Shown here piece by piece: positions 11,318 to 25,569 of a stretch of DNA of 37,511 nt (positions are counted from its first letter, which is position 1; every line of letters starts with the position of its first letter). Made by a program: the position numbers and the translations under genes. This stretch comes from Octopus sinensis (taxonomy: Eukaryota), in assembly GCF_006345805.1 (NCBI RefSeq), contig NW_021836823.1, positions 1 through 37,511 of the forward strand, given 5' to 3'. Under the pieces are notes generated by a model. The model was given only the letters and a program-made list of their open reading frames with translations. It had not been told where the DNA came from and ran no database searches.

Positions 11318-12224
11318 CACGCCTGAAGTAAAGATTAAACGTATAGTGTGTAAGTATTTGGCAAAATATAGCCATCACGTATTACATTATCAGTTTCAAT
11401 TGATTTCACATCAAGAATTTGCATAATCGTAACAAAATTTCTGTACAGTTTTCAGGCATGGTAGGTAACCCTAGATATTTTTCCTTGTATTCAGTACCAT
11501 ATATTCGATGTTTTAAATGATATACATGCAAACTTAATGCGCCTCTTTGGATTAATATTTTTTAATTACTAATCAATACCATACTATGTAATCCTTTCAT
11601 GAATTCTGCGATCAGTACTTACAGTTAGTTTCTAACTTCTATGGCTGCAATCTGAGGTCTTTACAAGCATTTAATACTCCTTAAATTAGCAGCTATATGA
11701 AAGTAATGCGGTGGGTTATATTAGATAATGTTCAGTAAGCTAATTAACTTATATTTTAACAACTTGCAAAACTTAAGCGTTAAAATTTGCCGCAAATGAC
11801 AAAAACATTAAACTGCCATTCTCGGATAGGACGTTCGACAATAGCAGTTAAGATTAAAAAATGGTGTTTCACACATTGACAAAACAAAAGTTAGTATATA
11901 TGGGAACAAAAGAAAAGGCGTGATAATATACAGGCTCCTTCGCCGGATGCCAATACAGGATCCTTCACCGGATACCAGTTTATCTTTTCCATACAAAAAT
12001 TTCGTTTCCATATCGGACGTATTTCCGTCATAGAAATTAAATATAAATAGCGGTCATGGGCCGATTGCCTCACCTCTTGGCATGTGTATATACTTTCTGC
12101 GCTCTTCTTACGGCATTAAAATTGCCGTAACTCTTATTTTTAGCAATGTAAGCACTCCAGTACCATAGGTCACATTTTGTGACGATTGAAATGTTTCCAT
12201 TGTGGTATCATATTGCCCGTAGAT

Positions 12225-12303
<79 letters not shown>

Positions 12304-12685
12304 CAGGTCAGTGTATGCGTATAAAATATCCAGCTGGGTGACATAGTAGCTCTCAGGTATATTCCAGGTTATGGCTAACGGCATCAAATAGTAAGAGACA
12401 CGTTAGCGATCGCTTAATATGACCAATCCTATTGTAATTCTACTGAAGTGTTCGCTTCAAACCACACTTTTCGAAAGAGCCTGAATGAAGTTGCACACAA
12501 TATTCTGGTGGGTTGTATCCTCAATTGTACATACTCCGTGCAATAGAAACACGTGTCGGTTAATTTAATTAACTAAACACACAGTATGACCAAATGTAGA
12601 ATTAAAAGTAACATTTGACGATGTACCAGTCTCTGTATTTGTATTCGTTGTAATTGTTTGCAGTTTATATATATATATATATATT

Positions 12686-13021
12686 GAATTTAAATAAGTA
12701 ACAAGGATGTCCAGGTATGAATACATTACGGCCATTTCAAGCGGCTCCATCTAATCGATCAATGAAACCATTGCATCAATTTGAAGGATAACACAAATAT
12801 AACATAAGGAAACGATGTAATTTTTTTTGTTTCTAGTATTGATACAAATTTGTTAAAAATGATTTATCCTTATTTTGGAAGTCTATATTTTCATCTATCT
12901 CTGAGGAGAGCGGTTTCTGTCACATTGATGTAATGTTTTTATTGATCGATTAAGTGGAGCCGCTCGAAACGGCCGTACTACTGTATTGATACCTGGACAT
13001 CATTGTTATTTATTTACATTC
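12686..13021. mobile_element. Inverted repeat of a second PLE-type terminus (arms about 12686-12784 and 12920-13021)
   Basis: GATGTCCAGGTATGAATACA..ACGGCCATTTCAAGCGGCTCC..ATCGATCAAT is the diverged reverse complement of ATTGATCGAT..GGAGCCGCTCGAAACGGCCGT..TGTATTGATACCTGGACATC. The right arm overlaps a hammerhead motif. Confidence 0.7.
12901..12977 (+). ncRNA. Hammerhead ribozyme-like motif (core, 10-bp stem II, palindromic stem III; stem I not evident)
   Basis: CUGAGGA|GAGCGGUUUC...GGAGCCGCUC|GAAA-CGGCCG-U-A. Stem III is ACGGCCGU and the triplet is GUA. Upstream CUAUCU does not pair with downstream CUACUG. Confidence 0.55.
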
Positions 13022-13105
13022 TGTTCACCTAACTTGGAGTTTTGAGCACTATACCGATCTAGATTCGTGCCTCAATTAAAGTACCTAATTCAACTGAATC
13101 GTAAT

Positions 13106-13176
<71 letters not shown>

Positions 13177-14264
13177 GTATATATATGAGTGTTATATATA
13201 TATATATATATATATATGACAGTGTCATATGTGAACGTATGTAAGTACATGACTGTTTTTATATGTAAATGTATGTATGGATTTATATATATATATCTAT
13301 ACATATATATACACACGCAAACACAAACATAAATATATTTATGTCTGTGTGTATACATGCGTATATGCTTATATACACATTGCTGCTTGCCCTTCTTAGT
13401 TCAATGGCTGCGAAAACGTCGATGTATTTAAATGTCACAATAGGGAGTAATTAGCTGCTTTTAATTGCATCCTGAATGATATGTATTGTAGGCTTTCTCC
13501 TCCTCACCTTCTGCCTCTTCCTCCTACTCTTCCTCCCACTACACTCCATCCTCTTTTTTAAACGACATGAACTACAGATTAATGTAATACGGATATTAGT
13601 TAACCTCGCATTAGGAAGGAGAAACCATGTTGACATTAAAAAAATTATTCTCCGGGTTACGAACATTGCAATAATTATACTAGAAAAATTTTAAGTTGAT
13701 TGTTAAGAATTTTTACGACACAAACACATACATACAACATGCTGGTCCATATACACAAATGCACATGCATATTTTACACACAAGCATATCTAATACAAAT
13801 GCATATATACACACAGTGAAACGAGAATGGTCGTTTTGCATAATTAAACAAAATGAATTATTTTCTGCAACAATTTGAAGCAGCAAATGTATGGAAAGAC
13901 GCAAGGGAAGCTTTCTTACCAGTTTGTATTTCGACCGATTGATGATGGACTGTCGTAATTATGTTTCCACTACATTACCGTTGACTCTGGATATAAAATT
14001 TAAAAAATTAAAACTGAACGCACAACGAATTGCTACGAGCGTTTCAGTGGGGATTTGAGCAATTTCGTTACAAATTAATTAATTTTTTTTCCGACATTCA
14101 TTAAGATTATTTGAAAGCGTTCTCATTGGCTTTTTAAATAGCCAGTAACGAGAACACCAGCCTATTTAAAGCAAACTCCTTGGGGTCTAGTCAACCCTGT
14201 GAACTTTTCAGATAAATGCGATAATTTATTAGAAATTATGAAACGCCATTTTGTCCTTTTCTCA

Positions 14265-14296
<32 letters not shown>

Positions 14297-14649
14297 GAGT
14301 GTGTGTGTGCCTGTGTGCGTGTGTGTCTATATAAACAAATATTAATCCCTTTTTTGTGTGTAGTGTTTCTTTACTTTTATTGAGGTAGGAAAAATGTGTA
14401 TTTTTAAAACGAATTTCATTGTAAAACAGAGCGCTTCCATTTGATCCTGGTTTACTCTTTCTAGAGTTTTTGCAGAAGAGAAATATAAATATGTACGTAT
14501 ACATGATGGCTACCCCCTCGTTGTCGAGTATGGCCATTGCACAAAGCTTAACTGTTATTGGTGCTGTGATCCAATGTGACTTTTTAGTCCAGCTAAAGAT
14601 CGACAATGTCTTGTACAGAATTGGCAACGAAAACCTTTACCGGTAATAC

Positions 14650-14843
14650 ATACACATACATATATATATATACATACATACGACGGACTTCTTTCAGTTT
14701 CTGTCTAGCAAATCCACTCACAAGGCTTTGGTCGGCGCGAGGCTATAGTAGAAGACACTTGTCCAAGGTTCTACGCAGTGGGAGTGAACACGGAACCATG
14801 TGTTTCGTAAGCAAGCTACTTACCACGCAGCCACTCCTAAGCC
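14650..14843 (-). mobile_element. SINE family 2, 5' half
   Basis: CTTTCAGTTTC..CCACTCACAAGGCTTTGGTCGG..GAAGACACTTGTCCAAGG..CAGCCACTCCT. Confidence 0.8.
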
Positions 14844-15393
14844 ATAATATCTGTCCATTTACAGTTACCAACTGGTGGAGCATTTGAATCAGCTCAAAGA
14901 CTAGATATGGTATTCATTTGTCGAGCATGTATGTGATGGGGATGCTGAGCGTTGCTTTCCGTTTTCTCTTCCCTTTCTTTTTATTTTGAACAGAAAATCA
15001 TCAAGAATGGCCGTTACTAATATATGGATAGCAAGTTGGACTTCCACTTTGAATCAACACATTTGATTAACCTTCCTTTTATTTTCTTGCTTCTCAGCAG
15101 GACATAAATCCAGATTTCCCTGGTGGCCTTTCGCAGTCATTAGAACGTGTTTAAATGTACGCACACCAATTGACCACACTGTGTTCAGGGTCGCCTCTAT
15201 GTGTGCCGTATGTATTTATTTTTATACAAATGTAAAATGCACCAAATCACGACTGCTCTGCGTATTCTTAGGACCGTAATGCCAATGAATTTGGTACACA
15301 CATAATCTAGTAGGGGTCTCCGAAAACTGTTTGAAGAGAATATGAAATTCCCATCCGTTCTAGTAAAGAAACGGTATATTGAATTCTTTACCC

Positions 15394-15632
15394 TAAGGCG
15401 GCGAGCTGGCAAAAACATAAGCACCCCAGGCGAAATGCGTAGCGTTATTTCATCTGTCTTAGCGCTCTGAGTTCAAATTCCGCCGAGGTCGACTTTGCCT
15501 TTCATCCTTTCGGGGTCGATTAAATAAGTACCAGTTACGCACTGGGGTCGATATAATCGACTTAATCCGTTTGTCTGTTTTTGTTTGTCCCCTCTGTGTT
15601 TAGCCCCTTGTGAGTAGTAGAGAAATAGGTAT
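15394..15632 (+). mobile_element. SINE family 1, full length
   Basis: Aligns end to end with 3811-4038 and ends AGAAATAGGTAT. Confidence 0.85.
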
Positions 15633-16516
15633 ATTACATTTTTACTCTTTCCTGGACATATTTGTACTTTCTCTTGAAGCACACCACTTTAGTTTCCATA
15701 AGCAGGTACAAATATTATTGCACGTCTGAAAATACAATATAAGCAAACGATAGAATGTAGTTGCTGTTGTTACTGGTGTCGTTTGGAATCATATATTCAC
15801 CGTTATTCTTTTCTCTAATTTTCTCTTGGTTGTACAAGCGTATGTGTTACTGATCGAAGTACTGTCAGCGTTATGCGTCTTTTTTCTTAAGTTTCAAAGA
15901 AATGTGTGTAATTTATTCGTATGAATACAATCAAACGAATAAAAGTAGCACTTCATGCTGTTTCTGAAAGTTTAAAACGTTGCAACGCATGAAAATATTA
16001 TGAAAGAAATATATGTTTAAAATGTATAAGACATAAAATTCCTTAACCAAGAGCTAAGATGAAATTGGTTATTAGTCCGCTTCTTTAGTATTTTTCAGAA
16101 TTCCATTATATCATTTCTTTGTATGATTGTGTATTTACATTTATTTATTGCAAATCGAATGTTTTCCCTACACCGAATTTCGAAAGGATGTCAACACACC
16201 ATATTCTGAACAATTTAGGAAAATTCCTTGTCAGAGCCTTCCCTCAATTATTATGTATCTCGGTTTACTTTATGCACATTTCTTTGTCAGTGGGGTAGCT
16301 AAATGATTCTTGAGTACGTTTAGCAGCTAAAATTACCGCAGCAGAATTCTAGTGTGGGAACCTTTTGATGCGCAATAACTTTTTCATAACTCTGTGGTGA
16401 CCCAAGTTTCGTTGATGGAAATGAATAGACATAAGTGTGAGGATTCTTGTCATATAGAGAGCAACTACATTACGGAGGGTCAAAATTTCAGAATTTTTGT
16501 CATATTGTTTTTGCCT

Positions 16517-16980
16517 GAAGGCGTGGTTGTGTGCTAAGATGCTTGCTTCCCAACTACATGGATCTGGGTTCACTCCAGTTGCGTGGAATGTTGAGCAGGT
16601 GTCTTTTATTAAAGCCGCGGGCCAATCAAAATATTTTTAGTGAATTTGGTAGATGAAAACTGAAAGAAGCGCGTCGTGTATGTGTGTTTGTGTATGTGTG
16701 TGTGTGTGTGTGTGTCTGTATGTAATTCTTTGTGTCTGTAAGTATGTGTTTTTGAGCGTGTGTCGTTTTGCCGTGTTTGCCCTCCCAACATCACTTGATA
16801 ACCGATGTTTTGTGTTTACGTCCCGGAAACAGAATGGTTCGGCAAAGAAACCGATAGAATAAGTACTAGGCTTACAAAGAGTAAGTCCTGGGGGTCGATT
16901 TCTTCGACTAAAAGAATTTAACGCGGTACTCCAGCATGGCCGCAATCAAATGACTGAAACAAGTCAAAGAGTAAAAGAAT
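16517..16980 (+). mobile_element. tRNA-headed SINE family 2 with internal (GT)n, full length
   Basis: Head GGCGTGGTTGTGTGCTAAG..GGGTTCACTCC, CORE-like segment (CCTTGGGCAAGTGTCTT in better copies, resembling the MIR core motif), internal microsatellite, 3' end CCAGCATGGCCGCAATCAAATGACTGAAACAAG. Confidence 0.8.
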
Positions 16981-17422
16981 CTACGATTAATGTATTCCGA
17001 CAGCATGGAAATATTCTCGTACGACCCAAAAAACAAAATACATTGTGATATTCCCAGATTGAAGCTTACTTCCATGTTGTTCCAGCCTAATATGACGGCA
17101 TTTTATGTCTGTTTTCCTATTTGTACGAACAGCTTGATGCAGTGTGGGCAATCATCTACACCAGTTATCAGTGGATGAAACACTCTGTTTTAGAGTTGCT
17201 ACAACAAATTAGATATGTTATCTTTAAGTGTCAACTATGGTGTTTATAGGCCAGAACATTATAGCCAGTCGTCAGTATTGAATATATTGGAGATTTCATT
17301 AGGATTTTTTATCGAGCAATGTGTCAGAAACAGATTTACCTAAGATATATACACAGACAGGTACGTAGGTTTACAACTCTAAAATTACATATGCATACGA
17401 ATGTATGTAAAAACGTATATAC

Positions 17423-17497
<75 letters not shown>

Positions 17498-17535
17498 AAT
17501 GGTGATTTTACTTCTCTTTGGATTTTCCCCTTCCT

Positions 17536-17570
17536 CCTTTCCGACGAAGAGCCATGCTCGAAACATTATA
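17536..17570 (+). ncRNA. Degenerate hammerhead-like relic (probable PLE terminus)
   Basis: CCGACGA-A|GAGC cau GCUC|GAAAC is present. Stem III and stem I are not conserved. Confidence 0.3.
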
Positions 17571-17999
17571 ATCCCTCTCATTTCACCGAGCGTGAAACTA
17601 ATATAATTTTTGTGCACGTCCTCACATTCATGTTTTCCACTTTTCGCTTTATATTCGTTTTTTGAATTGCTTCTTCTTTAAATTAACTATATATGTGTGT
17701 ATGTGTGTGTATGCCTTTGTGAGCATATGCATATATATATATATATATATATATGTAAATGCACATATATATGTGTGTGTGTGTGTGTATGTGTATGTAC
17801 ATGAGCGCGTATGTGTGGGTGAGTGTCACTTGTGACCTAATTTAAATGTCCGTCCTCTAGGTGTAGAATATAGGACAATTCAAGCAGTATAATGGTAACA
17901 AAAATAAAAGAAAACAAACCGAAATCTAAAGTACAAGGTGAGAGAAAGATCTAGGGCGAGTGAAGGAAATTACCATACAAAAAAACAAACAATTAAGTA

Positions 18000-18242
18000 A
18001 GAAAAAGAAGGAAGTAAGAAAAAGAAGACAGACACACACAAAGACAATGTAAAAACACATACGAACAAAATATATGAATAGGTAAAGGAATACAAGAAAA
18101 TAAAAACAACGAGAACAACAACAACAACAAAAATAATAATAATAATAATAATGATAATAATAATAATAATAATAAAAATAATAATAAAAATAATAATAAT
18201 AAATAGGTATTAATGGCAAGGAAGACGATGGTGATGATGATG

Positions 18243-18274
<32 letters not shown>

Positions 18275-18659
18275 GATGATGATGATGATGGTGATGATGG
18301 TGATGATGGTGATGATGGTGATGATGATGATGATGATGATGAAGATGATGATTATGATGATGATGATGATGATGATTGGTGGTTTAGCTGGTGGTGATAA
18401 TGGTGTTGGTGGTGAAGCTGGTCTGGTCGTGATGGTGCTAGTGATGGTGGTACTGGTGGCTGCGGTGGTGTTAATGGTGTTGGTATGGTTAATGACGATG
18501 AGCAGGAGGATGTGGAGGGGAAGGGGAGGGGTGGAGAAGAAGTGGAGGGGAAGAAGTGGAGGAGAAAGAGAAGAAGAAGAAGAAGAAGAAAAAGAAGAAG
18601 AAGAAGAAGAAGAAGAAGAAGAAGCAGAAGAAGAAGAAGAAAAAGAAGAAGAAGAAGAA

Positions 18660-18690
<31 letters not shown>

Positions 18691-18950
18691 AAGAAGAAGA
18701 AGAAGAAGAAGAAGAAGAAGGAGAAGAAGAAGAACAACAACAACAGCAACAACTACCGAACGGTGCCGTGTGAGAAAACAAATGCTGCAGCGACAACTTC
18801 AACAGCAACGAAAAATATGAGCAGCAGCATCGGCAACGGCAGCAGCAAAGAAAAAAAAACAAAAAAAACAAATACCAACAAAAACAACAATATAAAAGCA
18901 GCAACCAGAACAACAACAACAACCGCAGCAGCAGAACCAGCACTAAACAC
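18000..18950. repeat. Compound trinucleotide tract (AAC, AAT, GAT, GGT, GAA, CAG)
   Basis: Directly visible; explains the poly-M/E/R/K ORFs. Confidence 0.95.
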
Positions 18951-19449
18951 CAACTGAGAAAAAGAGTGGACCCTGTGACAAGGAACACCAGTTTTCTACA
19001 GTTTGAAATTCCGTCTCTGCCAATTGAAATGACGAAACTTTATACTTAATTACACGTTTCAAGCCTGCAAGACTTCTGTTAATTTCTGCAAATGACAGGT
19101 CCTTAGTTTTGTCACATGGAATAATAAATGCTAGCCATAGAGCTCTCCACATTACTCCCCGTCGACTCACTGTGTGTAACTGTCTGCTGCTTTGGTTCCC
19201 TTCGTCTTTTTTTTTTCCTATCTGACTCCCACTTTTCTCTTCATTCTCGGTCACTGTTCATTTCTCTCTATGCCTCTCTCTCTCTATCCTTTTCTCTCTT
19301 GTTCTTTCCACATTTGTGTGTGTGTATGTATATACGCCTGCCTCTCAATCTTCTATTATTGCTTTATGCAAAGTTTTCTGTTTTCTCTGTAACTGTCTGG
19401 CTGCCTCTTTGTCTCCCTTCCACTGTGAATAGTTGTATACATCCCGGTA

Positions 19450-19504
19450 TCAATCTATCTATCTATCTATTTATCTATCATTTATCTATCTATCTATCTA
19501 TCTG

Positions 19505-19548
<44 letters not shown>

Positions 19549-19585
19549 CCTGCCTACCTACCTACCTACCTACCTATCTATCTCT
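19450..19585. repeat. (ATCT)n grading into (ACCT)n
   Basis: Directly visible. Confidence 0.95.
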
Positions 19586-19807
19586 TTCTAAATAACAGTA
19601 ACAGAGTCCTTGTACAGGACTGCTGCATTCTCTTGGCAAATAAACTGATTATATGGGTGACTATATTTTCTCATATATTCTCTATCTTAACATTACATAT
19701 ACTCCATTTTAAGTATCTCGTTCTTACCATTTCTCCGTCTCATTACCTTCCGAGTCACTCTTCCATTCTCAGTTATCTTCCATCCACATTTCTATCTTAT
19801 ATTCCTT

Positions 19808-19854
<47 letters not shown>

Positions 19855-20587
19855 GTACGTGTGTGAGAGAGAGAGAGAGGGGGTATGTATGTGTGTGTTT
19901 GTGTGTCGTTGTGTGTGTGTGTTTGTGTGACAGAGAGAGAGTGTGTATGAATGTGTATCAACCAAAGAATGAAACTGGGCGAAATATACATATATACATA
20001 TTTATATGAAAACACACGGAGGCACATACCCCTCTCTCCCACACACACAAACATACACACACACACACACGCATACACACATACACACATACATTCATAT
20101 ACTTGCTAGTACGAATGGTTTTGTTTTTGTCCTAATTTTCGTACAAAATGACAACTTGTCCTATTTCAGTCCGCTTTTCTTTTCTATGAATTCTTTAAGA
20201 AAACACTAACATATCTTTAAATATAGATAAACATTACCTCTCGCTTTTTCTCCGAATGCACATGTCTCCGAATACAAATATATGTAAATATATAAAAACA
20301 CACACACATGCACACACACCGCAAACATATACAGCTCGGTAGGTAACTAGAATGAGAGAGAGAGAGAACGAAGGGATATCTCTTTTTAGTCTCAAGAGGT
20401 CTACAGAGAAGCATGAATTCTCTGTATATGAGCGCTGAAAAATGGGAGAGCAATGTTGAAGTGTCAGTATCTAATAGAGAGACTGAAAGGACGTGAGGTG
20501 AGGTTAAGGCTTGTACTAATGGAACGAAATAAAATGGACGTAGAAACATTATCAGGATAAGACTGGAAGATGGCGCTTTCAAATGAA

Positions 20588-20641
20588 GTCACCGACGATG
20601 GAGCTATCTCTCAACTATGAGCTTCAAGAACCCGGTGTAAC
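20588..20641 (+). ncRNA. Degenerate hammerhead-like relic (probable PLE terminus)
   Basis: GUCAC-CGACGA-U|GGAGCU..AGCUUC|aaGAAC-CCGG-U-GUAAC. It has a 6-bp stem II, a CCGG palindrome and near-pairing GUCAC/GUAAC, but several core mismatches. Confidence 0.25.
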
Positions 20642-21039
20642 GCTTCTCTGCCAATAAGACCGAAATACACACGAAAATCAATGATTTTGCGAAATTCAAG
20701 GTATAACTTCAATACACATACACACTTATACACAAACATACATACACAGACACACACTCACATACACATATTAATACACATATAAATGTGTGTGTGTCTA
20801 TGTATGTGTGTGTGCGTGTGTGTGTGTAGAGTATACAAGGACTTTTCGGCAACTGACGTAATGTGACAGGTATGAATGCTGAGGTAGGTTTGCAACCACC
20901 TGAAAATTGTAGTGTTAAAACTGCCTACCGAAAGCGGCTAGAAGTAGTTTCTCCTTGAGCATAGATTAAAGTAAGGAATGAAGAGATAAAACTTCTCACA
21001 TCACTAGAAAAAATATTTAATCCTTATATCTTATATGTT

Positions 21040-21432
21040 ATCTTTATTTCATGTTTCAGTCTTTAGACGGCAGCCTTGCTAGTGCACAGCCTTGAAGTAC
21101 TGGGATCGATTCATGAGACCCCAGTACTTAATTTTTAAGCCAAGTACTTATTCTATCGGTCATTATATGCCAAACCTCTAACACGGGGACACAAACACAC
21201 ACATGCTGTAGTGGGAGGGCCAAACACAGACACAAACACGCACACACATCTGTATGTATACATTTCTATGACGAGCTTCTTTCAGTAATCGTCAAGCAAT
21301 TCCACTCACAAAGCTTTGGTTAATCCGAGGCTGTAGTAAAAGACACTATTCTAAAGTGCCAAGCAGCGGGGTTGAACCGGGAACCATGTAGTTTGGAAGC
21401 CAACTTCTTACCTCACTGCCATCACTGAACCT
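21040..21432 (-). mobile_element. SINE family 2, diverged full length
   Basis: Collinear matches to the head, core and 3' end of the other copies. Confidence 0.75.
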
Positions 21433-22619
21433 ACAAATCAGAAAGTGCTACTGAATCACCTGTTGTTTCGTCTGTTCTGTTACAATACAAGTAAGCAGAA
21501 CTACTTATTTGCGTACAGGTATAGCAAAAATCCTGACAAAATTACAAACGCAAATTGTTTTTATAATTTATTTCGTTTATTGTTTTCTATATCATCACAT
21601 CATTGATTCAATGCAGAACTGACAAAAAGCCAAAAGTCATATGAGATCGTGAAAACTTGTCACAAGTCAGTGTAAAAGGTAATGCTATCAGCGTCCATTT
21701 TTGTTTCCACTAATCAATTTTCGATAGAGCACTTTTTGTTACCATCATAGAAATAATTGCATACAGACTGCCGATATATAACTAACAGCGGGATGTAAGA
21801 TATACATATGAAAAGAAAAACGCATGCTCAAAGAAAAAATTGAGAAAATTTTAAAATTACGATGTCTGTTCGCTCATGGTGCGGCTAAGAAAAACAATAT
21901 GAATACAGACCGCAAAAAATATTAGCAGCAGAAAAATCAACAGTAAGTAAAAAAATAAATCGAAAATATCCGCGTAAAAGACTTCAAGAATGTCAGTATT
22001 GATATACATATATGGAGTATTTCTTACAATGAGATCATATGCGATGTGTTTAAGAAGGATACGTTTATGTCCAATGAAATTTGTTATAACTGAGTTTGAA
22101 AATAAATGATCTCAAATTGATTATATTTGAAACTAGGATAAGCACAAGCTGCTCCATTTCTTAGAAAACATTTGTCAGTTAGCATTTCAATTATTTCTAG
22201 AAGATTTGAACCGAGAGATACTTATGAATAAAACTTATCTGAGAGTGTGCTTTGAGGTTTTCGAAGAAAGAAATACGGTTAGCGACCTCAAATGATGATA
22301 GGCAAAATTAAGCAGAATGGCTCTCGATATTGAATGCCAAACATACCTTTTGATTTCCAAACAAGTACTCATTGCCATCGAACCTAAATATATTCTGATC
22401 AAAACTATTTGGTAACAAGATTTCAGTATACATAAACATATACATACATACACACACACAAACAAACACTCACACAAACACACACACGTATCTGTGTGTG
22501 TGCGGATATTTATAAACACATATATGATATATATATATATTTGAAATAATATACATTGAAATATATGCATATATATATATATATATACATATATAGGTAT
22601 AAATGTATGAATGCATATA

Positions 22620-24200
<1,581 letters not shown>

Positions 24201-24764
24201 TGTGTGTACACTTTCCGTGCCTTTCTTTTCCTACGTTTTTTTTTACAATACATTTTTATTTCCATACATACTTTACCTTCCACCCTTCCACCCGACCCTT
24301 CGCCAACTTGCGATGTTATTGTTTATTGAGTGTCATCATCTCTGTAGCTATTCTCATTCCGTCTCTATTCTTATCTGCTGCTCAAACTTGGATACGATTC
24401 TGTGTAAACAATGGCATTTTATCTTAGTCTCTGAACTTTCTATTGGTTCTTCAAGAGCTCTGAGTTTTTCTCTAAGTGTGTCTCTTTACGTAATTTTTTG
24501 TTATTTATTGTTATTTTCATTTTGCATATTTGTTTTTTTTTGTTTTTTTAGCACAACTCACCCTTTTCTTTACATCCTATTTTCTGATTAGTTATGTCGG
24601 TTTATGCAGGGTCTTAACCAAAAAAAAAAAAAAAAAAAACGAAGCGAAATGAAACAATAAAGATAAATTGTAAAATGTGATGCTTAAAATAATATACTCT
24701 GTCCGCGCCATTCTTCATCGTGGTGTTAAATCGAAAAGGATTTCACGCGAAGAGAATCGCAAAC

Positions 24765-24809
<45 letters not shown>

Positions 24810-25244
24810 ATATGTATGTATGTAGGTATGTATGTATGTATATCATGAGCTGTAAAATGGGTAAACCTATTATCAATAGTAATAATAAGTAATTGTAACA
24901 AACAGTGTGATGAATATGATTTTATGATGGTGGTTTTTTATGATGGAGGCAGACACGAAGAATATGGCGGGGGAGAAGGCGGAAGATGGTGGTGATGATG
25001 ATGAGGCCGATGATGATGATGGTCAACGTCGTCTCGATTAATCCTTGCAGGGATTTCTTACACTGTATTTATTGCTCAACCATACCTTACGCAAAGTGAG
25101 AGGAACATGAATCTTCACCTTAGTTTAATTAGAGACCGACTACTACTGCTACTACTACTCCTACTACTACTTCTCCTCCTCCTCCTCCTCCTCCTCCTAC
25201 TACTACTACTACTACTACTATTATCATTATTATTATTATTATTA

Positions 25245-25306
<62 letters not shown>

Positions 25307-25307
25307 T

Positions 25308-25399
25308 TTTGCCCTAACTGTCACGAAGACACTCGGCAAGAAATGGAAACAAAATTGCTTCCATTTCTTGAAGAATGTCTTCGTGACAGCTAGGGCAAA
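25308..25399. other. 92-nt hairpin (41-bp arms, 10-nt loop)
   Basis: TTTGCCCTAACTGTCACGAAGACACTCGGCAAGAAATGGAA-acaaaattgc-TTCCATTTCTTGAAGAATGTCTTCGTGACAGCTAGGGCAAA; 37 of 41 positions complementary. Confidence 0.85.
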
Positions 25400-25569
25400 T
25401 ATAGTCACTGTATACATTGGTAGGCTATCAAAATAAATCCAACAGATTGTTCATTTACGATGTGATGTGATAGAAAAAAAGGAAGAAAAATAAAGCAAAG
25501 CAGGAAAAAAAGAAAAAGGAAAAAAAAAACACAGATGAAACATGGAGGTAAAGGAAAGAAAATTGACAG

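Noticed and set aside
11928-11977. 25-bp direct repeat, two units (22/25 identical)
   Set aside because: Only two adjacent units with no spacers. It is not CRISPR-like and is best explained as a small slippage duplication.
13920-13986. 67-nt minus-strand segment with good AG and GTAAGA boundaries
   Set aside because: Stops in all three frames and no other support.
18943-19254. 103-aa minus-strand ORF of moderate complexity
   Set aside because: No recognisable domain, and a GTGAGT donor-like site falls inside it with no partner exon. Kept only as a non-coding candidate.
20879-20900. TGAGGTAGGTTTG, resembling the let-7 5' end
   Set aside because: Only the first 8 nt match and there is no hairpin partner.
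24619-24640. Poly(A) run as a retrocopy tail
   Set aside because: No upstream recognisable element and no target-site duplication.
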